From Mucisphaera calidilacus (GTDB taxonomy: Bacteria > Planctomycetota > Phycisphaerae > Phycisphaerales > Phycisphaeraceae): a stretch of DNA of 32,000 bases. Position 1 is the stretch's first letter. Every line of letters begins with the position of its first letter. The position numbers and the translations under genes were made by a program. Location: positions 2,010,001 to 2,042,000 of the forward strand of contig NZ_CP036280.1 of assembly GCF_007748075.1 (NCBI RefSeq), in the 5' to 3' direction. The notes beneath the pieces were generated by a model that saw nothing but the letters and a program-made list of their open reading frames with translations, made no database searches and was not told the DNA's origin. Shown one piece after another: positions 17,582 through 26,139 of this stretch.

Positions 17582-18694
17582 ATGCGTATCCTGACGTTCT
17601 GTGCCCTGATGCTCACCTCTGTCCTCTGCCTCGCCGCCGCCACCGGCTGCGTCAGCAAGCAGGCACCCTCCTACGACGCTCCCAAACGCATCGGGCTCAT
17701 CATCGAACCCGACGACGCCAACGACGTCGGCTACAACCTCGGCTGGGCCCAGAACCTCAGCCTCCCCGACGACCACAAGGTCATCCACGCCGTCGCACTC
17801 CATGACCTCGTCATCGTCGTCGAGCACCCCGGCAACATCGTCACCGCCATCAACACCCGCGACGGCTCCGTCCGCTGGCGCAGCGCGATCGGCATCGGCG
17901 AGGGCGAACTCTTCGAGCCCGTCGCCTTCGAAGACCGAATCCTCATCAACACCGTCAAGAGCATCTACACCGTCTCCACCGACTCCGGCAACATCGTCGG
18001 ACGCGACGAACTCGAACACGTCGTCCAGACCCGGCCCACGCTCTACGGCGAATTCGCCTTCTTCGGATCCGTCAACGGAAGACTCTTCGCCCACCGCGTC
18101 AAGTCCGGATTCCCGCACTGGGAGTACGGCATGAGCAACGCCATCACCGCGCCCATCGCCGTCGACAACGGACACGTCGCCGTCGCCGACAACAACGGAA
18201 CCTCCGCACTCCTCAACGCCGACGACGGCAGCGTCCTCTGGCGACGCATCTCCTACGACCGCATTTCCACGCAACCCGTCATCGGCGACGACTTCGTCGC
18301 CTTCGCCTCACACGACCGATCCCTCTACGGCCTCGACCGGGCCACCGGCGAAGACCTCTGGATCTTCCGCGGCACCCGCGCACTCACAAGACCGCCCCAC
18401 TACCTCGACAACCAGCTCTACCTCCCCGTCGACGGCGTCGGACTCTTCGCCATCAACCCGCAGACCGGCGAGCAGAACTGGCTCTTCAAACGGGCCGCCA
18501 CACCCATCGCCGTCACCAACGGAACCCTCCTCGCCAACGACACCAACGCTCTGCTCCGCATCGACGCACGCACAGGCGACCTCATCCGAGAAGCGCCCAC
18601 CCGACGGCTCGCCGCCATCGTCCCCGTCGATAACGACCTCGTGCTGATCTCACCCACCGGCCGCGTGCTCCGCATCAACAACACGCTCCGCTGA
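17582..18694 (+). CDS. PQQ-like beta-propeller lipoprotein (BamB-like)
   Basis: Lipoprotein signal [23 protein letters not shown]. Reiterated motifs of the type ...DGSVRWR..., ...DDGSVLWRR..., ...ATGEDLWIF..., ...QTGEQNWLF... Start trimmed from track ORF 17189..18694. Confidence 0.75.
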   Translation: MRILTFCALMLTSVLCLAAATGCVSKQAPSYDAPKRIGLIIEPDDANDVGYNLGWAQNLSLPDDHKVIHAVALHDLVIVVEHPGNIVTAINTRDGSVRWRSAIGIGEGELFEPVAFEDRILINTVKSIYTVSTDSGNIVGRDELEHVVQTRPTLYGEFAFFGSVNGRLFAHRVKSGFPHWEYGMSNAITAPIAVDNGHVAVADNNGTSALLNADDGSVLWRRISYDRISTQPVIGDDFVAFASHDRSLYGLDRATGEDLWIFRGTRALTRPPHYLDNQLYLPVDGVGLFAINPQTGEQNWLFKRAATPIAVTNGTLLANDTNALLRIDARTGDLIREAPTRRLAAIVPVDNDLVLISPTGRVLRINNTLR

Positions 18695-18728
18695 TGCACT
18701 CCCCCGCCTCCGGCAACAGGAAACGACC

Positions 18729-19325
18729 ATGACCGCACTGATCAAGGCACAGACCGCCCTGCTGTCGGTGTCGGACAAAACCGACCTCATCCCCTTCGCA
18801 CGACAACTCGTCGCGCACGACATCAAACTCCTCTCCACCGGCGGAACCGCCAAGGCACTCGCCGAAGCAGGACTCGACGTCACCCTCGTCGAAAAGATCA
18901 CCGGATTCCCCGAGATGATGGGCGGACGCGTCAAGACACTCCACCCCAACGTCCACGGCGGACTCCTCGCACTCCGCGACAACCCCGAGCACGTCGAGGC
19001 CATGAACCAGCACGGCATCCAGCCCATCGACATGGTCGTCATCAACCTCTACCCCTTCGAGAAAACCATCGCCGACCCCGCCTGCACACGCATGAACGGC
19101 ATCGAGCAGATCGACATCGGCGGGCCCTCCATGATCCGGTCCGCCGCCAAGAACCACCCCTTCGTCGTCTGCGTCTCCTCACCCGCCCAGTACGACCCCG
19201 TCGCCACCCAACTCAACGCCCACGAAGGCGCCACCACCCTCGCCCTCCGCCAGGAACTCGCCGCCGCCGCCTTCGCAAGAACCTCCGCCTACGACAACGC
19301 CATCGCCAGTTGGCTCGCCGGCTGA
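18729..19325 (+). CDS. purH: Stand-alone IMP cyclohydrolase (MGS-like N-terminal domain of PurH), 198 aa
   Basis: [18 protein letters not shown]...[11 protein letters not shown]...[22 protein letters not shown]...[11 protein letters not shown]...[16 protein letters not shown]...[15 protein letters not shown] then stop. Collinear with the first ~200 residues of bacterial PurH. AGGAAA SD. Confidence 0.85.
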   Translation: MTALIKAQTALLSVSDKTDLIPFARQLVAHDIKLLSTGGTAKALAEAGLDVTLVEKITGFPEMMGGRVKTLHPNVHGGLLALRDNPEHVEAMNQHGIQPIDMVVINLYPFEKTIADPACTRMNGIEQIDIGGPSMIRSAAKNHPFVVCVSSPAQYDPVATQLNAHEGATTLALRQELAAAAFARTSAYDNAIASWLAG

Positions 19326-19332
19326 GAAACCT

Positions 19333-20184
19333 TCACCCCAACGCCGCGCCCACCTCGTCACGCATCCGCTCCGCCGCCCCGCGCACCGCCTCACGCCAAC
19401 CCGCCCCCTCCCCCGCATAAATCACCGACCGGCTCGCCGTCACCAGCACACCATCCCCGCGCTCGGTCGCGAACCGCCTCAGACCCGAAGCATCACCACC
19501 CTGCGCCCCGTACCCCGGCAGCAGAAACACCTGCTCAGGCATCTCGCCGCGCAGACGCTCCGCCACCTCCGGCTTCGTCGCACCCACCACCGCACCGACA
19601 CTGCTCAGACCCGACGCCCCCACCAAACCCGCACCCACACCACGCACCATCCGCGCCATCGCCGACGACACATCACCGCCGCCCTCAATCCCGACCCCCT
19701 GAAACGTCTCCGCACCCGGATTACTCGTCCGCACCAGCACAAACAAACCCGCCCCCTCACGCTCGGCCACCGCCACAAACGGCTCTACCGCATCCACACC
19801 CAGGTAACCATTGACCGTCAACGCGTCCGCCGCCGCATCGCCCGACAACAGCGCCTTCGCGTAATGCGTCGCGCTGATCGCGATGTCCCCACGCTTCGCA
19901 TCATTGATCACCAGCAACCCACGCTCGCGGCCGCCCACGATCAGCGACTCCAGCAACCGAACACCCGCCCACCCGTATCGCTCAAAACAGGCCGACTGGA
20001 TCTTCACCACCGGCGCAACCCCCGCCACCGCGTCCAGCACACCCGTGCAGAACCGCTCCACCGCCGCCAGAGGCTCGCCGCTCGCATCCGGCAGCCTCTC
20101 CAGCACCGGGTCCAGCCCCACACACACCGGAGCACCGCACGCCGAAACCGCCGCCGACAACCGATCACCAAACATCACGCTCAT
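19333..20184 (-). CDS. pyrF: Orotidine 5'-phosphate decarboxylase, type 2
   Basis: PVCVGLDPVLERLP...LLVINDAKRGDIAISATHYAKA...VLVRTSNPG...LLPGYGAQGG. The ATG overlaps the permease stop (ATGA at 20181-20184). Confidence 0.88.
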   Translation of the reverse strand: MSVMFGDRLSAAVSACGAPVCVGLDPVLERLPDASGEPLAAVERFCTGVLDAVAGVAPVVKIQSACFERYGWAGVRLLESLIVGGRERGLLVINDAKRGDIAISATHYAKALLSGDAAADALTVNGYLGVDAVEPFVAVAEREGAGLFVLVRTSNPGAETFQGVGIEGGGDVSSAMARMVRGVGAGLVGASGLSSVGAVVGATKPEVAERLRGEMPEQVFLLPGYGAQGGDASGLRRFATERGDGVLVTASRSVIYAGEGAGWREAVRGAAERMRDEVGAALG

Positions 20185-21185
20185 CCTGTCTCTCCGGTCA
20201 TGCCACCCGAACGCCGCAACAACACCACGAACAACGGACCGCCGATCAACGCCGTAAAGATCCCGATCGGCAGCGTCCCCACGCCATGCCCAAGGTCATA
20301 ACCCACACACGCCAATCCCGCGCTCGTCGTGTCCGCCATCAGGATCAGCACCGCACCCACCAGCGCCGCAGCCGGCACCAGCGACCGATGCCCGTAGCCC
20401 ACCAGCAGACGACTCAGGTGCGGCGCCACCAGACCCACAAAAGCCACCGGGCCCGCCAGCACCACCGCCAGACCCGCCAGCACCGCCGACACCACGAACA
20501 ACTCCACCCGAAGCGCCCCCAGACCCACGCCCAGCGAACGCGCCTCCGACTCGCTCAGCGTCGCGATATCCAGCCGCGCCGCCTGCCACCACATCCGCAC
20601 GCCCACCGCCAGCACAACCCCGCCCAGCAGCAGCACACGACCCCGCGGAACCCACGCATCCAGATAGCCCATCACCCAACGCGCCAGGTCATCCCGAAGC
20701 GGCCCCGGACCCGCCAGGTGATTCATCAGCATCAGCAACGCACCGCACACCGTCGACACCACCACACCGGTCAACAACAACGTCAACGGATCCAGCACAC
20801 CCCCGCGACGACCCGCCGCCATCACCACCGCCATCGCCAGACCCGCACCCACCGCCGCCGCCAACGCACGCGGCCCCAGCACCACCCCCGTCCGTGTCTC
20901 GATCAAACCCGCCGCCAGCACACCCAACGCCGCGCCGCTCGCCAGCCCCAACAGGTAAGGCTCCGCCAGCGGGTTCCTCAGAAGCACCTGCAACCCGACA
21001 CCACTCAACCCCAACGCGCCCCCCACCACAAGAGCCACCAGCGCCACGTCCAGCCGCGCCTCCAGAATCGAAACCTCCCCCGGCCAACCGAACGCCGACG
21101 ATCCCACCAGCACCCGCGCCAACAACGACACCGCCAGCACCGCCGCCAGCAACCACCACCGGCCGGTCAGACCGCCCTCACTCAT
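20181..21185 (-). CDS. ABC importer permease, FecCD/BtuC family
   Basis: Polytopic protein with the family-typical C-terminus ...GTLPIGIFTALIGGPLFVVLLRR. ATG 21185 overlaps the binding-protein stop by 8 nt; the track start at 21203 is TTG. Confidence 0.87.
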   Translation of the reverse strand: MSEGGLTGRWWLLAAVLAVSLLARVLVGSSAFGWPGEVSILEARLDVALVALVVGGALGLSGVGLQVLLRNPLAEPYLLGLASGAALGVLAAGLIETRTGVVLGPRALAAAVGAGLAMAVVMAAGRRGGVLDPLTLLLTGVVVSTVCGALLMLMNHLAGPGPLRDDLARWVMGYLDAWVPRGRVLLLGGVVLAVGVRMWWQAARLDIATLSESEARSLGVGLGALRVELFVVSAVLAGLAVVLAGPVAFVGLVAPHLSRLLVGYGHRSLVPAAALVGAVLILMADTTSAGLACVGYDLGHGVGTLPIGIFTALIGGPLFVVLLRRSGGMTGETG

Positions 21186-22077
21186 CCGACGCCCCTGCCT
21201 CAAACAACGCCGGGTGCAGCCGCCGCGCCATCAACTCCACCACCTCCACCATCCGCGTCGAGGGCAGCAGCACCTCCGGGTGATTCAACAGCCACACACG
21301 CCCCTCACGCCACGCAGGCGTCCCCGATCGCTCCCAAGGCACCAGCCGCGCATCGCCCGCCACCAGCTCCGGCGCATTCGGCAGCAACAACAGCACCGCC
21401 TCAGGCGACACCTTCCGCAGCAACTCCTGATCCAGCACCTGGTACGGACCGCCCGCCTCACCCAGCGCGTTGCGTCCACCCGCAAGCGCCAGCATCTCGT
21501 CCAGCACCGTCCCCGGACCCGACGCCGCCACCGGCTCCACCCCGAACACCAGCAGCACGCGAGGCCGATCCACACCCGCCACACGCTCAGCCACCGCCGC
21601 CAGACGCCCCTCAAGCGAACGCCGCAACGCCACCGCCGCCGCCTCCCGATCCACCAGCGACCCCACCGTCACACGCTCGGCCTCATCCGGATAACGCGCC
21701 ACCAGACGCAGCACGTCCCCCACGCCCTCCGGATACCCAAGACCCACCACCGAGCAGCCCGTCCGACGCGCAACCATCTCAAGATGACCGCCCGTCGCAC
21801 CCATCACGCCCATGTGCACCATCAGGTCAGGCCGCACCGCGATCAAACGCTCCCGGTCAATCGCCATCATGCTCCCCACCACCACCACGCCCTCCGGCGC
21901 CGCCGCATCGTGCTCCGCCACACCCACCAGACGATCACCCGCACCCACGTCCACCACCATCCGCGTCAACGCCGGAGCCAGACTCACCACACGCTCCGCC
22001 GACGAACCCAACGCACACGCCGTCAGCGACGCCACCAACGCGAACGCCAGCCAGCCACGCTCACCCACCCGAGACAT
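21178..22077 (-). CDS. Periplasmic substrate-binding lipoprotein, cobalamin/Fe3+-siderophore (BtuF/FhuD-like) class
   Basis: Signal/lipobox WLAFALVASLTAC, then RVVSLAPALTRMVVDVGAGDRLVGV...RPDLMV. Adjacent to a FecCD permease. Confidence 0.8.
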   Translation of the reverse strand: MSRVGERGWLAFALVASLTACALGSSAERVVSLAPALTRMVVDVGAGDRLVGVAEHDAAAPEGVVVVGSMMAIDRERLIAVRPDLMVHMGVMGATGGHLEMVARRTGCSVVGLGYPEGVGDVLRLVARYPDEAERVTVGSLVDREAAAVALRRSLEGRLAAVAERVAGVDRPRVLLVFGVEPVAASGPGTVLDEMLALAGGRNALGEAGGPYQVLDQELLRKVSPEAVLLLLPNAPELVAGDARLVPWERSGTPAWREGRVWLLNHPEVLLPSTRMVEVVELMARRLHPALFEAGASDE

Positions 22078-23098
22078 CCTTGGTCGGCGACGGCGACGAA
22101 CCCGGGCCCGTCGTCAACGCAACCTCATACACAGGCGTGCCGTCGTACAGCTGACGCAGACTCAGGTAAATCCAGGCGATCCCCGCGTACACATACGAAA
22201 TCAGACCCGCCGGCAGCAGCACCACCGCCAGCAGCACCAGCCACCACACACCCTCCGCCGCGTCACTGCCCGCGTACCCCTGCCACAAAAACGCCATCGG
22301 AACACCCGACACCGCCGACAACAGCCACTGCGCGCCGCAAACACCCGCCATCACAAACAGCACCAGCACCGCATAACCCAGCACGCCAAACACCGTCAGC
22401 AGAACCAGCGAACCAGCCCACGACATCGGACGCGCCACCGTAAACGCGTAAATCCGGCTCAACGCATCAAACCCGTCCGTCCCCTCCGCACCCAACGCCG
22501 CGGGCAGCAGCGGCCCCGCCAGCACCAGACCCAGCAGCACCACCGTCGCCACCATCGCCATCGGCAGACCCACCACCGTCAACACCAGACCCAGCCACTC
22601 CGCAACGGGCACCCGAAGCAACAACCCCGCCAACACCAGCGGAACCAGCAGCAACACGCCCACCAGCATCGGCAGCACAGGCGTCAGCAGGTACCACCCG
22701 AAACGGCGAAGCACCACGGCCATCGCCACCGACACCCCCTGCTCCTCGATCCGTGACCAACGCTGCGACGCCATACGGCTCAGCGTCCCCCCCACCAGCG
22801 TCTTCAACAACCCAAGCTCCACGCACCACGCCAGCCACAACGGCCACTGCCCACCAAACAACGCCGCCGGCCACAGCAGATGACCCAGCACCGGCAGAAC
22901 ACCGCGATCGCCCTCGACCGACGCCCAGCCGTCTCCCGACCAGCCCAGCAACGCCGTCACCCCAAGGTGAAACAACAAACCCAGGTACGCCAGCCCCCAC
23001 GCCTCCAGACGCAAACCCACACTCCACGCACGAGCCAGCCGCAGCAACGGCATCGCCTCAACCCACGACACATGCTCCAACCGAACGCGATACGCCAA
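22061..23098 (-). CDS. Uncharacterised polytopic membrane protein
   Basis: Roughly 7-8 hydrophobic segments and G-ending codon usage like other - strand genes. The stop overlaps the binding-protein ATG by 17 nt. Start is uncertain: TTG 23098 or ATG 23053. I recognise no motif. Confidence 0.55.
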   Translation of the reverse strand: MAYRVRLEHVSWVEAMPLLRLARAWSVGLRLEAWGLAYLGLLFHLGVTALLGWSGDGWASVEGDRGVLPVLGHLLWPAALFGGQWPLWLAWCVELGLLKTLVGGTLSRMASQRWSRIEEQGVSVAMAVVLRRFGWYLLTPVLPMLVGVLLLVPLVLAGLLLRVPVAEWLGLVLTVVGLPMAMVATVVLLGLVLAGPLLPAALGAEGTDGFDALSRIYAFTVARPMSWAGSLVLLTVFGVLGYAVLVLFVMAGVCGAQWLLSAVSGVPMAFLWQGYAGSDAAEGVWWLVLLAVVLLPAGLISYVYAGIAWIYLSLRQLYDGTPVYEVALTTGPGSSPSPTKDVSGG

Positions 23099-23173
23099 AA
23101 CGGCCTCCTGTTCATCTCACACACGCCACCCCAAAACGCCAGAATAGACGACCCTCACCCCCGCGTCACACCC

Positions 23174-23647
23174 TCAGAACGAATACGTCGCCAGCACACG
23201 CTCCAGACACGCCGACATCCGATCCGCGACGTCCCGATACACCACCATCGACTGACCGATCGGATCCTCGATATCCCCCTCCGAATCCAGCAGCCCCGCC
23301 CGATCACGAGCCTCCGGCGCCACGCTCAGCAACGCCTCCAGATGCCCCTGCGTCATCGCCAGGATCAGGTCCGACCCGCGCACCAGCTCGTGCGTCAGCC
23401 CCCGCGACACATGACCCGACAGATCCAGCCCGCGCTCCGCCATCACCGCCACCGCCTCCGGGCTCGCCGCCGACCCGCCCATCGTCATCACGCCCGCCGA
23501 GCCCACCTCGACACCCGCATCCCCAAGCGACGCCGCCTCCACCCCGTGACGCCTCGCCAGCAGGTCCCGAGCAATCACCTCCGCCATAGGCGACCGACAC
23601 GTGTTCCCCGTGCACACCAGCAAAAGCGACTTCACACGCTCAGCCAT
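23174..23647 (-). CDS. Low-molecular-weight phosphatase (LMW-PTP/YwlE-like)
   Basis: P-loop LLLVCTGNTCRSPMAE and general-acid region DIEDPIG. ATG 23647 overlaps the upstream gene stop by 8 nt (ATGGCTGA). Confidence 0.88.
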   Translation of the reverse strand: MAERVKSLLLVCTGNTCRSPMAEVIARDLLARRHGVEAASLGDAGVEVGSAGVMTMGGSAASPEAVAVMAERGLDLSGHVSRGLTHELVRGSDLILAMTQGHLEALLSVAPEARDRAGLLDSEGDIEDPIGQSMVVYRDVADRMSACLERVLATYSF

Positions 23648-24125
23648 CTCGCGGCTCAACCTGTGTCGCCACCGCACGCAGAAACCCGTCCAGGTACGTC
23701 TCGATAAACAGGTCCACGCCCTGCTCCGTCGTCGCGTGATTCACCCCCCAGATCGCCACGCGAAGGTCCGCGAAATCCGGGTCCATCTGGATGATCACCT
23801 GATCAGGACGCAGCGCCGCCTCACCCTCCATCTGCTGGGCAAAGTACGCCGACAACGCATTCACCCCCGGACCGCCCACGCTGATCGTCGCACGCTCGTG
23901 CAGCACCTCGTCGTTTAGATACAACGCGTCCGTACACACCATCGGACGCAAAGGCGTCTCCAGCCGGTCGCTGTGCGACTCCACCCACCGCTCAACCTCG
24001 CTCATCAACTGATACGCCAGCGGACGGTCCCCCTCCTCCGCACGCAGGTGCGCACCCACCACGATCAACACAACCCGTGTCAGGTCAAACGGCACGGCCT
24101 CAGATTCGCTTTGCGGCTCATCCAT
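23640..24125 (-). CDS. Hypothetical acidic protein, 161 aa
   Basis: Clean ATG. The residue pattern alternates between hydrophobic strand-like and helix-like stretches (VVLIVVGAH..., ATISVGGPGVNALS, RVAIWGV). Translationally coupled to the phosphatase. I recognise no family. Confidence 0.55.
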   Translation of the reverse strand: MDEPQSESEAVPFDLTRVVLIVVGAHLRAEEGDRPLAYQLMSEVERWVESHSDRLETPLRPMVCTDALYLNDEVLHERATISVGGPGVNALSAYFAQQMEGEAALRPDQVIIQMDPDFADLRVAIWGVNHATTEQGVDLFIETYLDGFLRAVATQVEPRDG

Positions 24126-24213
24126 GAAGTCTCCAACGCATCAGCACGCATCATAACCCCTGAATCCACAACGAGCCTGAGAAGAAACCGATCCAATCGC
24201 CCCGCACGACGCG

Positions 24214-24741
24214 CTAATCCCCGGCCGCCTCATGCGCCCCCGCCGAAACACCCGGCTCGATCCGCCCGATCACCGCCGGCCCCTCGTCCCCGCGACGCGT
24301 CTCACGCTCCAGATGCTCACTCAACACAGGCGGACGATGCCCCTCCGGACCCCTGCGACGAGCCTTCAACAAACGCGTGTCCACCCCCACCAGCGCCTTC
24401 GGCGGAAACAGAATCTGCCACATCAAAGCAAGGTTGTACAGAAACAGAATCAGGATCAGACCGTGCAGCGCATACTCCCTCGGCTGAGCATCCAGACGCG
24501 CGTGCAGGAAGAACAGATCACCCACGCCATGCAGCGAACGCTCCAACTCCTTGTCCCCCAGCACCGAAGCCAGCGGCAGACCCGGGAAATCCTCACGCCA
24601 CAGCCTCGGCAGGTCAGGCACCAAAGCCCAGAATCCGCCCGCCGTCATCGCCAGCGGAACCCAACGCGTACCACGACGCACCACCGCCGCGACCGCAACG
24701 CCCAGCACACCACCCCCAAGCATCCCCACCGCAAAGTGCAT
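24214..24741 (-). CDS. Hypothetical membrane protein (~175 aa)
   Basis: MHFAVGMLGGGVLGVAVAAVV... with 3-4 hydrophobic segments and a charged C-terminal tail. Start trimmed to ATG 24741 because the longer track ORF overlaps the upstream GT gene. Confidence 0.5.
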   Translation of the reverse strand: MHFAVGMLGGGVLGVAVAAVVRRGTRWVPLAMTAGGFWALVPDLPRLWREDFPGLPLASVLGDKELERSLHGVGDLFFLHARLDAQPREYALHGLILILFLYNLALMWQILFPPKALVGVDTRLLKARRRGPEGHRPPVLSEHLERETRRGDEGPAVIGRIEPGVSAGAHEAAGD

Positions 24742-24874
24742 CGACGTCCAGGCCACGCTACAGACTCCCTGATGAGCTAACCGCCCCACATCAACATCGT
24801 CTACACCCCCGTCCCCGATAACCCCCGAACACCACTCTCTTCTACAAGACAGCCGACTGTAACGGTCGCAACTG

Positions 24875-26122
24875 CTAGGCCGCGCGGGCAAGCCGAGCTC
24901 GCCCCCCATCACGCCCCGCCGCACGCTCGCAGTCCTCAATCATCCCCATGAAACCCGCCCCGGCACGATCCCAGCCCGCGTGACGCTCCGCCCACGACCG
25001 CGCCTGATGCCCCAGATGCGCCGCCGTCGCCGGATTACCCCACAGCCGATCCATCGCCGACACCAGCCCCTCCGCATCACGCCCCAGCCGCACGGGCGGC
25101 ATCCGGTGATCCGTCGGCAGCCCCGTCAACGCCCGGTCCGTGCACGCCACCGGACGCCCCATCGCCAACGCCTCCAGCAGCTTGTTCTTGATCCCGCCCC
25201 CACAACGCATCGGCAACACCGTCACCGACGAACCCCACGCGTAAGGCCGAACATCATCCACCGCACCCACCAACTCAACACCCTCAACCTCCCCCAGACG
25301 CTCCAGCGAACGATGCATCCCACGCCCCACCACGCGGAACCGCGCCCCCCCATGAAGCGACCGAAGCTCAGGCCACACCCGCTTCACAAACCACAACAAC
25401 CCGTCCACGTTCGGCTCAAAATCCAGCCGGCCCCAGAACACCGCGCTCTTCGGCTCCACCGCACAACCTCGCTCGGGCCGGAACACCTCCAGGTCCACAC
25501 CATTGGGTATCACACGCCCAACCCTTGGCCGACCCAGCATCGACAGAAACCGCAGGTCCCCCTCCGACACACCCACGATCCCGTCCAGCCCCCCAAAACC
25601 TACCTCCAGCCCCGCGTGCAGCAACGTCTCATACATCCGCGAAGGCCAACGCGTCACCGACTCCCGACGCACGCACGACAGCAAAAACGCCACCACGTCG
25701 TCCGCCGCATACCAGATCCGCGTCAAACCCCTCGGCAAGCCGTGCAGCATCAGCGGCGCGTGCTGCCCCACACCGATCACCGCCCTTGGCCGCAGCCGAC
25801 GCACCAGTTCCAACGCACCCCCGTAACACCCCGCCTCGATCCCCTGATGACGCGCCAGCCGACGACGCACCGGTCCCAGCACACCACCCCAGCCCCTCAG
25901 AAATTCCCTCGCCACCTCTTCCGACACGCGATCAGGCCAACCCACCGTCAGCCGACGCAGATCCTCAGGCGTACCCGCCGCAACACCCTCCGGACTCGCG
26001 ATCTTCACCGACACACCCAGACGCTCCAGCGAACGCGCCAGGTACGCCACACGCAGACGCCCGCCGTGATCCAGCGGCCACGCCGCGAACTCCGACAGAA
26101 TCAGGACCTCGGTTTCCGACAT
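24875..26122 (-). CDS. Glycosyltransferase, GT-B fold (GT4-like)
   Basis: C-terminal domain: FWGRLDFEPNVDGLLWF...VLPMRCGGGIKNKLLEALAMGRPVACT. Start trimmed to ATG 26122. Confidence 0.8.
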   Translation of the reverse strand: MSETEVLILSEFAAWPLDHGGRLRVAYLARSLERLGVSVKIASPEGVAAGTPEDLRRLTVGWPDRVSEEVAREFLRGWGGVLGPVRRRLARHQGIEAGCYGGALELVRRLRPRAVIGVGQHAPLMLHGLPRGLTRIWYAADDVVAFLLSCVRRESVTRWPSRMYETLLHAGLEVGFGGLDGIVGVSEGDLRFLSMLGRPRVGRVIPNGVDLEVFRPERGCAVEPKSAVFWGRLDFEPNVDGLLWFVKRVWPELRSLHGGARFRVVGRGMHRSLERLGEVEGVELVGAVDDVRPYAWGSSVTVLPMRCGGGIKNKLLEALAMGRPVACTDRALTGLPTDHRMPPVRLGRDAEGLVSAMDRLWGNPATAAHLGHQARSWAERHAGWDRAGAGFMGMIEDCERAAGRDGGRARLARAA

Positions 26123-26139
26123 CAATCCTGACCCCTCAC

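Noticed and set aside
20286-22154. Very long + strand ORFs rich in Pro/His/Arg/Thr/Gln (622 aa here). Others: 10031-11383, 21214-22443, 21812-22756, 22753-23589, 22880-23707, 23973-24821, 24980-26131, 25525-27198.
   Set aside because: They lie antisense to well-supported - strand genes. Those genes use NNG codons, so the codon-aligned antisense frame reads CNN (Pro/His/Gln/Arg/Leu) and cannot contain a stop. The products are low complexity with no recognisable domains, so these are shadow ORFs caused by composition.
23099-23173. Possible cobalamin riboswitch upstream of the BtuF/BtuC-like operon.
   Set aside because: The intergenic region is only 75 nt, and neither strand shows a B12-box-like core. 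It is too short for that riboswitch class.
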